This document shows, one piece after another, positions 53,293-64,000 of a stretch of DNA of 64,000 nucleotides. The notes below the pieces were generated by a model, which worked only from the letters and a program-made list of their open reading frames with translations, ran no database searches and had not been told where the DNA came from. The stretch's first letter is position 1; every line of letters starts with the position of its first letter. The translations under genes were made by a program, and so were the position numbers. Source of the stretch: an uncultured Acidobacteriota bacterium (GTDB lineage Bacteria > Acidobacteriota > Thermoanaerobaculia > UBA5066 > Gp7-AA6); assembly GCA_963764715.1 (NCBI GenBank), contig CAVXTP010000013.1, forward strand, positions 116,655-180,654, written 5' to 3'.

Positions 53293-54659
53293 AGTTCACG
53301 CTGGCGGACCTCGCGGCGGCGGCCGGAACGCATGCCGAGGGCGCGGCCACGCTCACGGGCGTCGCCGTCGATTCGCGGCGCGTCCGGCCGGGAGACCTCT
53401 TCGTCGCGATCCGGGGCGCGCGCGTCGACGGGCACGACTACGCGCGCGAGGCTTTCGCGCGGGGGGCCGGAGCGCTTCTCGCCGAGCGCCGGCCGGCGGA
53501 CCTTCCCGGGGACACGCCGGCCGTCCTCGTCGGGGCGCCGGTCGAGGCGCTCCAGAAGCTCGCCGCGGCCCTGAAGCGCGCCGCGGGTTTCAAGCTCGCG
53601 GCGATCACGGGGTCGGCCGGCAAGACGACGACCAAGGACTTCGCCGCGGCCATGCTCGCCCGGCGGTACGAGGTCGAAAAGACGCCGGGCAACCAGAACA
53701 GCCAGATCGGCTTCGCGATGTCGGTCGTGAACCTGCCGCGGACGCCGGTGTGGATGGTGGGGGAGATGGGGCTGTCGGAACCGGGGGATCTCTCGCGCCT
53801 CTCGCGGGCGTTCGAGCCGGACGTCGCGGCGATCCTCCTCGTCGCGGCGGCCCACCTCCAGTCCTTCCTCTCGATCGACGCGATCGCCGAGGCCAAGGCC
53901 GAGATCCTCGAGGGCCTCAAGCCGGGCGGCGTGTTCGTCGCCAACGCCGACGACCCGCGCGTCGCGGCGATCGCGGCGCGCCACCGCGGCCGCGTCGTGC
54001 GCTTCGGCCGCTCGGACGCCGCGGAGGTGACCGCGCGCGACGTCGCGGGGGAGCCCGAGGGGAGCCGCTTCGTCCTGTCGACGCCGGCGGGCGAGGCCCC
54101 GGTGCGCCTGCCCCTGCCCGGGCCCCACCAGGTCGTGAACTTCCTCGCCGCCGCGGCGATCGCCTTCGTCGTCGGCGTTTCGCCGGCCGACTGCGCCCGG
54201 GCCGCCGCGGAGCTCCGCCCGGCGGCGCACCGCGGGGAGTGGAAGCGGCACGCCTCGGGCGCGCGGCTGTACGACGACAGCTACAACGCGAACCCTTCCT
54301 CGATGCGGGCGGCCCTCGAGACGCTCGCGGGGGTGCCCGCGAGGCGCCGGATCGCGGTCCTGGGCGACATGCTCGAGCTCGGGCCCGAGGAGGAGCGCTT
54401 TCACCTCGAGGCGGGCCGCGCCGTCCCCGGCCGCGCCGACCTGCTCGTCTGCGTCGGTCCCCGCGCCCGCCTGCTCGGCGAGGGCGCCGCCGGGGCGGGG
54501 CTCACGCGCTCGGCGATCGTCTACGCGGCGTCGGCCGAAGAAGCGGCGCGGATGCTGGAAGGGATCCTGGCCGACGGCGACGTGGTGCTCTTCAAGGCCT
54601 CGCGCGGCATCGGCCTCGACCGGTCGGTCGACGCCCTGGCCTCGGCGGAGAAGGCCTGA
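53289..54659 (+). CDS. murF: UDP-MurNAc-pentapeptide synthetase
   Basis: ITGSAGKTTTK, DDSYNANP, LGDMLELG, KASRG. Confidence 0.95.
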
Positions 54660-54660
54660 C

Positions 54661-55746
54661 GTGCTGTACTGGCTGCTCTTCCCGCTCGCGAGCCGCATTC
54701 CCGCGCTCAACGTCTTCCGTTACATCACGTTCCGGACGGCGATGGCGGCGGTGACGGCGCTCGTGATCTCGCTCGTGCTCGGCCCCGTCACGATCCGGAT
54801 GCTGAAGCGCTTCCAGATCGCCCAGTCGATCCGGGCGGAAGGGCCGAAGACCCACCTCGCGAAGGCCGGCACGCCGACGATGGGGGGCATCCTGATCCTC
54901 TTCGCCGTCGTCATGGCCACGGTCCTGTGGATGGACCTGCCGAACCGCTTCGTCTGGATCGCCCTCGGGACGCTGGCGGGCGTCGGCGCGGTCGGGTTCG
55001 CGGACGACTTCGTGAAGGTCACGCGGCGGCGCAGCCTCGGGCTGACCGGACGGGGCAAGCTCCTGCCGCAGTTCCTGATGGCGTTCATCGTCGCGTACGC
55101 GATCGAGCACTGGGCGGGGCACGCGACGTTCTCGACGGTCGTGACGTTCCCGTTCCTGAAGAAGCTCCTCGTGGACCTCGGCATCTTCTATATTCCCTTC
55201 GTGGCGGTCGTGGTGGTGGGAGCGTCGAACGCGGTGAACCTGACGGACGGTCTGGACGGCCTCGCCATCGGGGCCGTCGGGATCGCGGCCGGGACCTACG
55301 GCATCCTCGCGTACGTCACGGGCAACGCGGTCGCCGCGCGCTACCTGCAGATCCCGTACATCCCGCAGTCGGGCGAGCTCGCCGTCTTCTGCGGCGCCCT
55401 CGTGGGCGCCTCGCTCGGCTTCCTCTGGTTCAACTGCCACCCGGCCGAGGTCATGATGGGCGACGTCGGCGCGCTCTCGCTCGGCGCGGCCATCGCCGCG
55501 GTGGCCGTCATGACGAAGCAGGAGACGCTGCTCGCGATCGTCGGCGGACTCTTCGTGCTCGAGGCGCTCTCGGTCATCATCCAGGTGGCCTCGTTCAAGA
55601 CGACGGGCAAGCGCGTCTTCAAGATGGCGCCGCTCCACCACCACTTCGAGCTTCTGGGCTGGGCCGAGTCGCGCGTCATCATCCGGTTCTGGATCCTCGC
55701 CATCCTCTTCGCCGTCGTGGGCCTCTCGACCCTGAAGCTGCGATGA
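54661..55746 (+). CDS. mraY: Phospho-MurNAc-pentapeptide transferase
   Basis: GTPTMGG, NAVNLTDGLDGLA, MGDVGAL, MAPLHHHFE. Confidence 0.97.
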   Translation: MLYWLLFPLASRIPALNVFRYITFRTAMAAVTALVISLVLGPVTIRMLKRFQIAQSIRAEGPKTHLAKAGTPTMGGILILFAVVMATVLWMDLPNRFVWIALGTLAGVGAVGFADDFVKVTRRRSLGLTGRGKLLPQFLMAFIVAYAIEHWAGHATFSTVVTFPFLKKLLVDLGIFYIPFVAVVVVGASNAVNLTDGLDGLAIGAVGIAAGTYGILAYVTGNAVAARYLQIPYIPQSGELAVFCGALVGASLGFLWFNCHPAEVMMGDVGALSLGAAIAAVAVMTKQETLLAIVGGLFVLEALSVIIQVASFKTTGKRVFKMAPLHHHFELLGWAESRVIIRFWILAILFAVVGLSTLKLR

Positions 55747-57155
55747 GCGCGCTGCCGATGAGCCACCGCGACGCTGCTCCGCCCGCGTTTCTCCCGAAGC
55801 GGATCGCCGTGCTGGGCCTGGCGCGGAGCGGCCGCGCGCTGACCGAGGCGCTGCTCGAGCGGGGCGTGTCCGTCGCCGCCGGGGACGCCCGCTCCGCCGC
55901 CGAGCTCGAGGGCGCCGGGGCGCTCCCGGGCCGCGCGGATCTCTTCCTCGGCGGCCCGGGGGAAGGCTTCCTCGAAGGCGCCGGCTGGCTGGCGATCTCG
56001 CCCGGCGTCCGGCTCGACGCGCCCCCGGTCGTGGCGGCCCGCGCCCGGGGGATCCCGGTCTACGCCGAGATCGAGGTCGCCTACCGCATCGCCGAGGCCG
56101 AGTCGCCCGGCGCGCACCGCTGGATCGCGATCACCGGCACCAACGGAAAGTCGACGACGACGACGTGGATCGCGGAGATCCTGCGCCGGGCCGGCCGGCC
56201 GGTCGCGCTCGCCGGGAACATCGGCGCGCCGCTCTCGGGCTTCCTCCGGGAGCCGGGGGGACGCGACTTCGTCTGCGAGATGTCCTCGTTCCAGCTCGAG
56301 GCGATCGAGCGCTTCCGCGCCCACGTCGCGGTGCTCACGAACATCACGCCGGACCATCTCGACCGCTACCCGGATTTCGCGGCCTACGCCGAGGCCAAGG
56401 CCCGCGTCTTCCTTCGGCAGGAGCCTGCGGATTTCGCCGTCCTCAACGCCGACGATCCCGCCTCGGCCGGGATACCCACCCGCGCGCGGGCCGTCGCGTT
56501 CTCGCGCCGCCGCCGGCCCGCGTCGGGCGTCTGGGTCGAGTCGGAACGGATCATGTCGAACATCGGCGGCGCGGCCCGCGCCGTCGTGGAGGTCGAGCGC
56601 CTCGCGCTGCCCGGCGCCCACAACCTCGAGAACGCGCTGGCAGCGGCGGCGGCGGCCGAGTGCCTGGGCGTGCCGTCCGCGGTGCTCGTCGACGCCCTGA
56701 CGCGCTTCGACGGCCTGCCCCACCGGACCGAGTTCGTGGTCGAGGCCCGAGGCGTCCGGTGGGTCGACGACTCCAAGGGCACCAACGTGGACGCGACGGC
56801 GAAAGCCCTCGAAGGGTTCGCCGACGGCACCGTGATCCTGATCCTCGGGGGCCGCGACAAGCAAGGCGACTTCGCGGCGCTCGGGCCTCTCGTTTCGCGC
56901 CGGGCCAGGGCCGTCCTCACGATCGGCGAGGCCGCGGAGACGATCGAGCGGTCGCTTTCGGCCGCGGTCCCGATCGAGCGGTGCGGCGCGATGCCGGCGG
57001 CGGTCGCCCGCGCGGCCGAGCTCGCCCGCCCCGGGGACACCGTCCTTCTGTCGCCGGCCTGCGCTTCGCTCGACCAGTACCGGAACTTCGAAGAGCGCGG
57101 CCGGCACTTCGCCGGGCTGGCGCGCGCGGCCGCCGGGAGCTCCCATGGCCCGTAA
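55743..57155 (+). CDS. murD: UDP-MurNAc-L-Ala:D-Glu ligase
   Basis: SPGV, ITGTNGKST, SSFQLE, DHLDRY, DSKGTN, LSPACAS. Confidence 0.95.
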   Translation: MSALPMSHRDAAPPAFLPKRIAVLGLARSGRALTEALLERGVSVAAGDARSAAELEGAGALPGRADLFLGGPGEGFLEGAGWLAISPGVRLDAPPVVAARARGIPVYAEIEVAYRIAEAESPGAHRWIAITGTNGKSTTTTWIAEILRRAGRPVALAGNIGAPLSGFLREPGGRDFVCEMSSFQLEAIERFRAHVAVLTNITPDHLDRYPDFAAYAEAKARVFLRQEPADFAVLNADDPASAGIPTRARAVAFSRRRRPASGVWVESERIMSNIGGAARAVVEVERLALPGAHNLENALAAAAAAECLGVPSAVLVDALTRFDGLPHRTEFVVEARGVRWVDDSKGTNVDATAKALEGFADGTVILILGGRDKQGDFAALGPLVSRRARAVLTIGEAAETIERSLSAAVPIERCGAMPAAVARAAELARPGDTVLLSPACASLDQYRNFEERGRHFAGLARAAAGSSHGP

Positions 57156-58248
57156 GCTCGCCTCGGACAAGGTCCTGTTCGCGACCCTCGTCGCGCTCTC
57201 GCTCTTCGGCTGCGTCATGATCTACAGCGCGTCGGCCGTCTCGGCGGGGGAGACGTCGGGCAACCCCTACCGCTTCCTCCTCAAGCAGATCGCGGCCCTC
57301 GCGCTCGGCGGCGTCGCGGCGTTCCTCGTGTACCGGATCGACTACCGCCGGTTCGCGAAGCCGTGGGTCGTCTACGGAGCGTACGGCGTGTGCCTCGCCG
57401 CGGCCGGATTCGCGCTGCTGCGGCCGCCGATCAACGGCGCGCGGCGGTGGATTCCGCTCGGGGTCACGATGCTGCAGCCCTCCGAGCTCCTGAAGGTCGC
57501 GCTCGTGCTGCTGCTCGCGTACCAGCTCTCGCGCAAGACCGCGAAGACCGGCAACCCGGAGCGCGCGCTCATCCCCGCGCTCGTCTTCTCGCTGGCCGCG
57601 GCCGGCGTCGTCGTCCTCCAGCCGGACCTGGGGACCGCCGCCTGCTACGTGATGCTCTGCGCGGTGCTGCTGTGGCTCGCCGGAGCGAGGGCCCGCTGGT
57701 TCCTCTTCGGCGCCCTGGCGATGCTCCCGGCGCTGGCGGCGCTGATGCTCTCGGCCGACTACCGGCGCGCGCGGCTGCTCGCGTTCCTCAATCCCGAGGC
57801 CGATCCGCTCGGCGCCGGCTTCCAGGCCATCCAGTCGCTGATCGCCGTCGGGGCGGGCGGGTGGTTCGGCAACGGCCTCGGGGGCAGCCGGCAGAAGCTC
57901 TTCTTCCTGCCGTTCCCGCACACGGACTTCATCTTCGCGATCGTGGGCGAGGAGCTCGGGTTCATCGGCGCGAGCGCGCTCGTTCTCTGCTTCGGGATCG
58001 TGGCCTGGCGCGGGCTGCGGGCCGCGCGGCGCGCCCCCGACGCCTTCGCGGCCTTCCTCGCGGCCGGAGCCACGGCGATGATCGTGGTCCAGGCCGCGAT
58101 CAACCTTTCGGTCGTGCTGGCCCTCGTCCCGACCAAGGGCATCCCGCTTCCGTTCGTGTCCTACGGCGGGTCCTCGCTCGTCGCCTCGTGGATCGCGGGC
58201 GGGCTGATCCTCAACGTCTCCCAGCACGAGGTCGCGGAGTCTTCGTGA
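57145..58248 (+). CDS. ftsW: SEDS peptidoglycan polymerase
   Basis: NGARRW, QPSELLK, QPDLGT, HTDFIF, GIPLPFVSYGGSS. Confidence 0.95.
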   Translation: MARKLASDKVLFATLVALSLFGCVMIYSASAVSAGETSGNPYRFLLKQIAALALGGVAAFLVYRIDYRRFAKPWVVYGAYGVCLAAAGFALLRPPINGARRWIPLGVTMLQPSELLKVALVLLLAYQLSRKTAKTGNPERALIPALVFSLAAAGVVVLQPDLGTAACYVMLCAVLLWLAGARARWFLFGALAMLPALAALMLSADYRRARLLAFLNPEADPLGAGFQAIQSLIAVGAGGWFGNGLGGSRQKLFFLPFPHTDFIFAIVGEELGFIGASALVLCFGIVAWRGLRAARRAPDAFAAFLAAGATAMIVVQAAINLSVVLALVPTKGIPLPFVSYGGSSLVASWIAGGLILNVSQHEVAESS

Positions 58249-59327
58249 GCGACCTCGGCGCCTTCGTCGTCGCCGCCGGCGGCACGGGCGGCCACATTCT
58301 TCCGGGGGTGGCCGTCGCCCAGGAGATCGTGGCCCAGAAGGCCGGGGCGACCGTCGTCTTCGTCGGCACGGCCCAGGGCCTCGAGGGCAAGATCGTCCCC
58401 GCGGCGGGGTTTGCGCTGGAGCTCGTGGACGCCTCGGGGTTCGTCGGCAAGACCTTCGGCCGCCAGATCGCGTCGCTGTCGAAGCTCCCGAAGGGGTTCC
58501 TCGAGGCGCGCGCGCTCCTGAAGAAGCACCGGGCCCGCGTCGTCATCGGCGTCGGCGGCTACGTGACGGTGCCGGTCCTCACCGCGGCCCGCTCCCTCGG
58601 CATCCCGACCCTCATCCACGAATCGAACGCGGTGCCCGGCGCGGCCAACCGCTTCCTGAACCGCTTCGCCACCCGGACCGCCGTGGGGCTCGCCGCCGCG
58701 AACACCCACTTCCGCAAGCCCGGCGTCGTCACCGGGACGCCGGTGCGGCCCGAGTTCTTCGCGATCCCGCCCCTCGACCCGGCCGCGACGACGAAGCGGC
58801 TGCTCGTCTTCGGCGGAAGCCAGGGCTCGCGCGTCATGAACCGCGCCCTGGCGCGCGCGGCGGTGCTCCTCGAGAAGTCGGGCATCGAAGTGATCCACCA
58901 GACCGGCGACAAGGACCTCGTGGCCACGCGCCAGCGCTACCCGCGCATCCCGGCGAACTGGAAGCTCGTGCCGTTCCTGCCGAAGCTCCACGAGGAAATG
59001 GCCTGGGCCGACCTGGTGCTGTGCCGCGCGGGCGCCATGACGGTCTCGGAGCTCGCCGCGGCGGGCCGGCCCGCGATCCTCGTCCCGTTCGGCGCCGCCG
59101 CCGCCGGTCACCAGATGCAGAACGCCCGCGCCCTGTACCGGGCGGGCGCCGCCGCCGTGATGGAAGAGAAGGACCTGACGGCCGAGAACCTCGCGGGCGC
59201 GCTGTCCGCCCAGCTGAAGGACCGGGAGAAGCTCGTCGCGATGGGCCAGAAGGCCCGGACGCTCGCCCGGCCCGAAGCGGTCAAGGACATCGTGAAGCTG
59301 GTCTTCGAGCTCGAGGGGCGCCGGTGA
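58245..59327 (+). CDS. murG: Lipid II GlcNAc transferase
   Basis: GGTGGHI, GGYV, HESN, GGSQG, RAGAMTVSE, HQMQNA. Confidence 0.95.
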   Translation: MSDLGAFVVAAGGTGGHILPGVAVAQEIVAQKAGATVVFVGTAQGLEGKIVPAAGFALELVDASGFVGKTFGRQIASLSKLPKGFLEARALLKKHRARVVIGVGGYVTVPVLTAARSLGIPTLIHESNAVPGAANRFLNRFATRTAVGLAAANTHFRKPGVVTGTPVRPEFFAIPPLDPAATTKRLLVFGGSQGSRVMNRALARAAVLLEKSGIEVIHQTGDKDLVATRQRYPRIPANWKLVPFLPKLHEEMAWADLVLCRAGAMTVSELAAAGRPAILVPFGAAAAGHQMQNARALYRAGAAAVMEEKDLTAENLAGALSAQLKDREKLVAMGQKARTLARPEAVKDIVKLVFELEGRR

Positions 59328-60712
59328 GGTTCCTCCGCCTGCGGCGCCTCCACTTCGTCGGGGCGGGGGGCGTCGGCATGAGCGGGATCGCCGAGATCCT
59401 CCTGCAGTCGACGCCGCTCGAGATCTCGGGCTGCGACATGGCGCGGTCGGAGGGCACCGCCCGCCTCGAAGCCCTGGGTGCGAAGATCGCGATCGGCCAC
59501 GATCCGTCCCACGTCGAGGGCGCGGACCTGCTCGTCATCTCCTCGGCCGTCGGGGAGTCGAACCCCGAGGTCGAGGCCGCGCGGGCGAAGGGCGTGCCCG
59601 TGATCCGCCGGGCCGAGATGCTCGGGGAGCTGATGCGCATCAAGCAGGGCATCGGCGTGGCGGGAACCCACGGCAAGACGACGACGACCTCGCTGACGGG
59701 AATGGTCCTGACGGAGGCCGGGTTCGACCCGACGATCGTCGTCGGCGGGCAGGTCCACATCCTCGGGACCAATGCCCGCCTGGGAAAGGGCGAGTATCTC
59801 GTGGCCGAGGCCGACGAGTACGACCGGTCCTTCCTCGAGCTGACGCCCGTCGTCGCGGTCATCACCAACGTCGAGGCCGATCACCTCGACACCTACCGCG
59901 ACCTTCCCGACATCCTCGACGCCTTCGCGGCGTTCGCCAACCGCGTTCCGTTCTACGGCTCGGTGGTCCTCTGTGCCGACGATCCCGGCGCGCGGAGCCT
60001 CGTCCCCCGGATCAAGCGCCGCGTGGTCACTTACGGCCAGTCGGCCGAGGCGAGCCTCGCCGCCCGGGACGTCCGCCTCGAGGCCGGCGGCACGAGCTTC
60101 GAGGTCGTCGACGCGGCGCAGGGCGGTCTCGGGACGGCGCGCCTCCGGCTCGCGGGCCGGCACAACGTCGCCAACGCGCTGGCGGCGATCGCCGTCGGCC
60201 GGGAGCTGTCGATCCCGTTTTCGACGATCGCGCGGGCGCTCGAGGCGTTCACCGGCGTGGTGCGGCGATTCGAGCGCAAGGGCGAGCGCGCCGGCGTGCT
60301 CGTCGTGGACGACTACGCCCACCATCCCACCGAGATCGCGGCGACCCTCGCGGCCGCGCGCCAGGTCTACCCCGACCGGCGCCTCGTCGCCCTCTTCCAG
60401 CCCCATCTCTTCACCCGGACCCGCGACTTTTGCGAGGAGTTCGGACGGGCCCTCGCGGCCGCCGACTCCGCGATCGTCATGGACGTTTACCCCTCCCGCG
60501 AGCGGCCGATCGCGGGCATCACCGGGGCCCTCGTCGCCGACGCAGCGCGCCGGGCCGCCGGGGGCCGCACGGTCTCGTATGTGCCTGAAAAGAAAGCCGT
60601 TGTGGACTGGCTGGAGAGCACCCTCGTCTCCGGTGACCTGCTCGTGACTATGGGGGCGGGGGACGTCGTGAAGTTCGGAGAGGAGTACCTCGAGCGTGGC
60701 GCCGCGCGATAA
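59324..60712 (+). CDS. murC: UDP-MurNAc:L-Ala ligase
   Basis: GAGGVGMS, GTHGKTTTT, EADEYD, DDYAHHPTE, FQPH. Confidence 0.95.
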   Translation: MRFLRLRRLHFVGAGGVGMSGIAEILLQSTPLEISGCDMARSEGTARLEALGAKIAIGHDPSHVEGADLLVISSAVGESNPEVEAARAKGVPVIRRAEMLGELMRIKQGIGVAGTHGKTTTTSLTGMVLTEAGFDPTIVVGGQVHILGTNARLGKGEYLVAEADEYDRSFLELTPVVAVITNVEADHLDTYRDLPDILDAFAAFANRVPFYGSVVLCADDPGARSLVPRIKRRVVTYGQSAEASLAARDVRLEAGGTSFEVVDAAQGGLGTARLRLAGRHNVANALAAIAVGRELSIPFSTIARALEAFTGVVRRFERKGERAGVLVVDDYAHHPTEIAATLAAARQVYPDRRLVALFQPHLFTRTRDFCEEFGRALAAADSAIVMDVYPSRERPIAGITGALVADAARRAAGGRTVSYVPEKKAVVDWLESTLVSGDLLVTMGAGDVVKFGEEYLERGAAR

Positions 60713-61472
60713 AGAGCCCCCCTTCCTGCGGCGGCCCCAGACCGTGCCGCGAAAGCGCAAGCGCCCGGGCGCGCTGCGCCTGGTGATCGTCGGCGCGCTC
60801 GCGCTCGGCGCCTCCATCGGCCTGGCGGAATTCCTGGGCGGGCCGCGCTTCGCGCTCGCGCGCTTTTCCGTTTCGGGGAACACGCGGGCTCGCACCGAAG
60901 ACATTCTCGGAGCGCTCGCCCCGTGGAACGGCCGCAACGTCGTCGCGCTCGACCTCGCGCCTCTCGCCGCGCGGCTCGCCGAGCAGCCCTGGATCGAGCG
61001 GGTCACTCTCGCGAAGCGGTTCCCGGACGGACTCGCCATCCGCGTCTCGGAGCGCCGCGCGATCGCGCTCTATCGTGACGGCGAGCGCTTCTGGTGGGTC
61101 GGCGTCGGCGGTCGGCTCATCGCGACCTACGATCCGCGGCGCGACCGGACCGAGTACGTCATCCTGAGCGGCGATCGCCGCGCGCTTCCCGAGGCCGTGA
61201 GCCTGCTCGAGGATCTGCGCGCCGCGCGGCCCGAGTATTTCTCGGCGCTCTCGGAAATCGCCTCGCTCCCGGACGGCGGATTCGGTATGATGGACGGGAT
61301 CTTTCGCAGGCCGGTTCGCGTTCTACGGGACGACGCCCCGGAGAAGATTCGCGCGCTGCTCGAAGCGCGCAGTTTCATTGAGAGCCGCGGCTGGGGGGCA
61401 GGGGCCATCGACCTTCGTTTTGCCGATCGGGTCGTTCTCGTCGGCGCCTACGGCGCAGGGAATAGTCTCTGA
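60696..61472 (+). CDS. ftsQ: Cell division protein FtsQ/DivIB
   Basis: TM, POTRA (PWIERVTLAKRFPD), IDLRF; position before ftsA. Confidence 0.85.
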   Translation: MAPRDKEPPFLRRPQTVPRKRKRPGALRLVIVGALALGASIGLAEFLGGPRFALARFSVSGNTRARTEDILGALAPWNGRNVVALDLAPLAARLAEQPWIERVTLAKRFPDGLAIRVSERRAIALYRDGERFWWVGVGGRLIATYDPRRDRTEYVILSGDRRALPEAVSLLEDLRAARPEYFSALSEIASLPDGGFGMMDGIFRRPVRVLRDDAPEKIRALLEARSFIESRGWGAGAIDLRFADRVVLVGAYGAGNSL

Positions 61473-61475
61473 TGT

Positions 61476-61564
61476 CGGACCGCGGACGGCGGACCGCAGA
61501 CCGCACTCCGGAATTCCCGATTTCCGCCCCAGGCCATCTGCCGACTGCCGTCTGCCGTCTGGTC
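61476..61564. repeat. Two oppositely oriented heptamer tandem arrays between ftsQ and ftsA
   Basis: CGGACCG CGGACGG CGGACCG CAGACCG (61476-61503) and TCTGCCG ACTGCCG TCTGCCG TCTGGTC (61537-61564). Confidence 0.65.
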
Positions 61565-61569
61565 ATCTG

Positions 61570-62793
61570 ATGTCCAAACCCGAATCCTTCCTCGTCGCCT
61601 GCGACATCGGCACCTCCAAGATCTGCGTCCTCATCGGCGAGCAGAACGCCGCCGGGTCCCTCGACGTGATCGGGAAGGGCGCCGCCGCCAACCGGGGGAC
61701 GCGCAAGGGCAACATCATCAACGTCGACGCCACGATCGAGGCGATCAAGCGCGCCGCCGAAGAGGCCGAGATCATGGCCGGCGTCCAGATCTCGCGGTCC
61801 TGGGTGGGGGTCTCGGGGTCCCACGTCCGGTCCTTCAACAGCCGGGGGGTGGTGGCCGTCGCCGGCAAGGACCGGGAGATCTCCAAGGAGGACGTGGCCC
61901 GGGTCATCGACGCGGCCCGCGGAGTGCAAATCCCTCAGGATCATGAAGTTATCCACGTCGTGCCCCGGGACTTCGCGGTCGACGGCCAGGACGGCGTGGC
62001 CGACCCGGTCGGCATGATCGGCAGCCGGCTCGAAGTCGACGTCCACGTCGTGACGGCGCCGGTGGCCGTGACCCAGAACGTGGTCACCTGCATGAACAAG
62101 GCCGGCATCGAGGTCGTCCAGCTCGTCCTCGAGCAGTTCGCGGCGGCCGAGGCGGTCCTGACGCCCGACGAGAAGGAGCTCGGCATCTGCCTGATCGACA
62201 TCGGCGGCGGAACGACCGAGGTCGCGGTCTACCAGAAGGGCACGATCGTGCACACGGCCGTGGTCCCGATCGGCGGCGACCACTTCACCAACGACCTCGC
62301 CGTGGTCCTGCGCGCCCCGATCACCGACGCCGAACGCCTCAAGAAGAAGCATGGCTGCGCCCTCCGGAGCGCTGTCTCCGAGGACGAGATGGTCGAGGTC
62401 CCGATGGTCGGGGGACGGGCGCCCAAGCTCTGCCCCCGGTCGACCCTGTCCGACATCCTCCAGCCCCGGGCCGAGGAGCTCCTGGGCCTCGTGCACGAGG
62501 ACATCAAGCGCCTCGGCCTCGACAAGGAGATCCGCTCGGGCGTCGTCCTGACCGGCGGCGGCTCGGAGCTCGAGGGGGTCGTCGAGATCGCCGAGGCGAT
62601 TTTCGACGGGCCCGTCCGGCGCGGGATCCCGTCGGGGGTCGGGGGCCTCGTCGACGTCGTTTCCCGGCCGGAGTGGGCGACGGCGACGGGTCTTCTCTTA
62701 TATGGTCACCGTTACAAGCCGTCGCGGCGACGGGCAAAGGCGTTCTTCCAGGCGGCGAATTCCGTGTCTCGTTTCATAAGGGACTTTTTCTGA
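61570..62793 (+). CDS. ftsA: Cell division protein FtsA
   Basis: [31 protein letters not shown]. Confidence 0.96.
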   Translation: MSKPESFLVACDIGTSKICVLIGEQNAAGSLDVIGKGAAANRGTRKGNIINVDATIEAIKRAAEEAEIMAGVQISRSWVGVSGSHVRSFNSRGVVAVAGKDREISKEDVARVIDAARGVQIPQDHEVIHVVPRDFAVDGQDGVADPVGMIGSRLEVDVHVVTAPVAVTQNVVTCMNKAGIEVVQLVLEQFAAAEAVLTPDEKELGICLIDIGGGTTEVAVYQKGTIVHTAVVPIGGDHFTNDLAVVLRAPITDAERLKKKHGCALRSAVSEDEMVEVPMVGGRAPKLCPRSTLSDILQPRAEELLGLVHEDIKRLGLDKEIRSGVVLTGGGSELEGVVEIAEAIFDGPVRRGIPSGVGGLVDVVSRPEWATATGLLLYGHRYKPSRRRAKAFFQAANSVSRFIRDFF

Positions 62794-62831
62794 TGCCACC
62801 AAAACGCCCATCGCGACGGAGGGAAGGTCCG

Positions 62832-64000
62832 ATGATCGAGTTCCTCGAAGACGACAAGGACGGGCTCTCGATCGAGCTCGACGGCGGCGATGCCTCGCCG
62901 GCCACGATCCGCGTCATCGGCGTGGGCGGCGGCGGCTCGAACGCGGTCAACCGGATGATCGCCGCCGGCGTCAAGGGCGTCGAGTACTTCGCCTGCAACA
63001 CGGATCTCCAGGCCCTGCGCAAGTGCGCGGCGCCGAACAAGCTCCAGATCGGCGGCCGGCTGACCAAGGGCCTCGGCGCGGGCGCGGACCCCGACGTCGG
63101 GCGCAACGCCGCGCTCGAGGACCAGGACCGACTCGCCCAGGCCGTTTCCGGCGCGGACATGGTGTTTCTGGCCATGGGGCTCGGCGGCGGGACGGGCTCG
63201 GGGGCCGGTCCGATCATCGCCAAGCTCGCGGCCGAAGCCGGGGCGCTCGCGGTCGCCGTCGTGACCAAGCCGTTCGAGTTCGAGGGCAAGAAGCGGATGC
63301 GCCAGGCCGAGCGCGCCTCGCGGGAGCTCCGCGACCACGTCGACACGCTGATCACGATCCCGAACCAGCGCCTCCTCGCATTCGTCGAGCGCAACACGCC
63401 GCTCAACGAGTCGTTCAAGATCGCCGACGACGTCCTGCGGCAGGCGATCCAGGGCATCTCGGACCTCATCAACTGCCCGGGCGAGATCAACCTCGACTTC
63501 GCCGACGTGCGCAAGATCATGTCGGACATGGGCCGGGCCCTCATGGGGACGGCCGTCGCCGACGGCGAGAACCGCGCGATCCATGCGGCTCAGGCCGCGA
63601 TCTCCTCGCCGCTTCTCGAGGACGCCTCGATCGAGGGTGCGCGCGGGGTCCTCATCAACATCACGGGCGGCCACGACCTGACGCTCTTCGAGGTCACCGA
63701 GGCCGCGCAGATCATTCAGCAGGCGGCGGACCCGGAGGCCGAGATCCTCTTCGGCTGCGTGCACGACGAGAAGATGGCGGGCCTCGTCAAGGTCACCGTC
63801 ATCGCCACGGGCTTCGATCGCCTCGAGCGCGACCTCGCCGATATCGATCGCGAGGAGGAGGCCAAGCCGATGACGGTCGGCTCGAAGCCCCTGCGCGCGC
63901 CCTTCCTGCGCGGGGACGACTCCGGCGGCTTCGGGCCGAATGCGTCGGCGTCGAGGGACGATTTCGACATTCCGACGGTGTTTCGCCGACAAATGGATTA
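62832..64000 (+). CDS. ftsZ: Cell division protein FtsZ (stop codon cut by the window edge; absent from the ORF track)
   Basis: Translated by hand from ATG 62832: [41 protein letters not shown]-terminal [14 protein letters not shown], then 'TA' at 63999-64000. Confidence 0.96.
   Translation, partial: MIEFLEDDKDGLSIELDGGDASPATIRVIGVGGGGSNAVNRMIAAGVKGVEYFACNTDLQALRKCAAPNKLQIGGRLTKGLGAGADPDVGRNAALEDQDRLAQAVSGADMVFLAMGLGGGTGSGAGPIIAKLAAEAGALAVAVVTKPFEFEGKKRMRQAERASRELRDHVDTLITIPNQRLLAFVERNTPLNESFKIADDVLRQAIQGISDLINCPGEINLDFADVRKIMSDMGRALMGTAVADGENRAIHAAQAAISSPLLEDASIEGARGVLINITGGHDLTLFEVTEAAQIIQQAADPEAEILFGCVHDEKMAGLVKVTVIATGFDRLERDLADIDREEEAKPMTVGSKPLRAPFLRGDDSGGFGPNASASRDDFDIPTVFRRQMD

Overview
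A high-GC bacterial chromosome segment. TolC, a SurA-like PPIase, a TIGR02999-type ECF/kinase pair and Cys-containing SLH proteins suggest a diderm such as Acidobacteriota/Thermoanaerobaculia; this is inference only. It has four blocks. (1) 1-27.3 kb, envelope/signalling: five large secreted proteins share a Cys-rich triple SLH C-terminus, one followed by an orphan 141-bp copy of its own 3' end. The block also holds an ECF sigma-Ser/Thr kinase pair, an amidohydrolase, an ArsR-SRPBCC operon, an M20 peptidase and a second TPR kinase. (2) 27.4-29.0 kb: a tandem-domain ThyX. (3) 29.0-39.9 kb, a redox/sulfur/metal locus: an ECF sigma with a fused zinc-finger anti-sigma domain, thioredoxin, a small Cys-rich protein, an unannotated candidate small membrane selenoprotein (in-frame TGA plus a SECIS-like hairpin), ZIP, OsmC, TauE/SafE, DUF1634, two DUF2892-like proteins, TolC-MFP-RND and a P-II-like protein. 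Three identically spaced GAACCCTT-N12-GGCTC promoter-like motifs punctuate it. (4) 39.9-64 kb, housekeeping: acyl-CoA dehydrogenase, iscS, mfd, a PPIase, an HhH-GPD glycosylase and the dcw cluster mraZ-ftsZ. Within it rsmH appears to start at ATT in frame behind the mraZ TGA, and ftsL carries a frameshift. No rRNA, tRNA, CRISPR, transposase or integrase genes were seen. All calls come from reading motifs by eye; no database searches were run.
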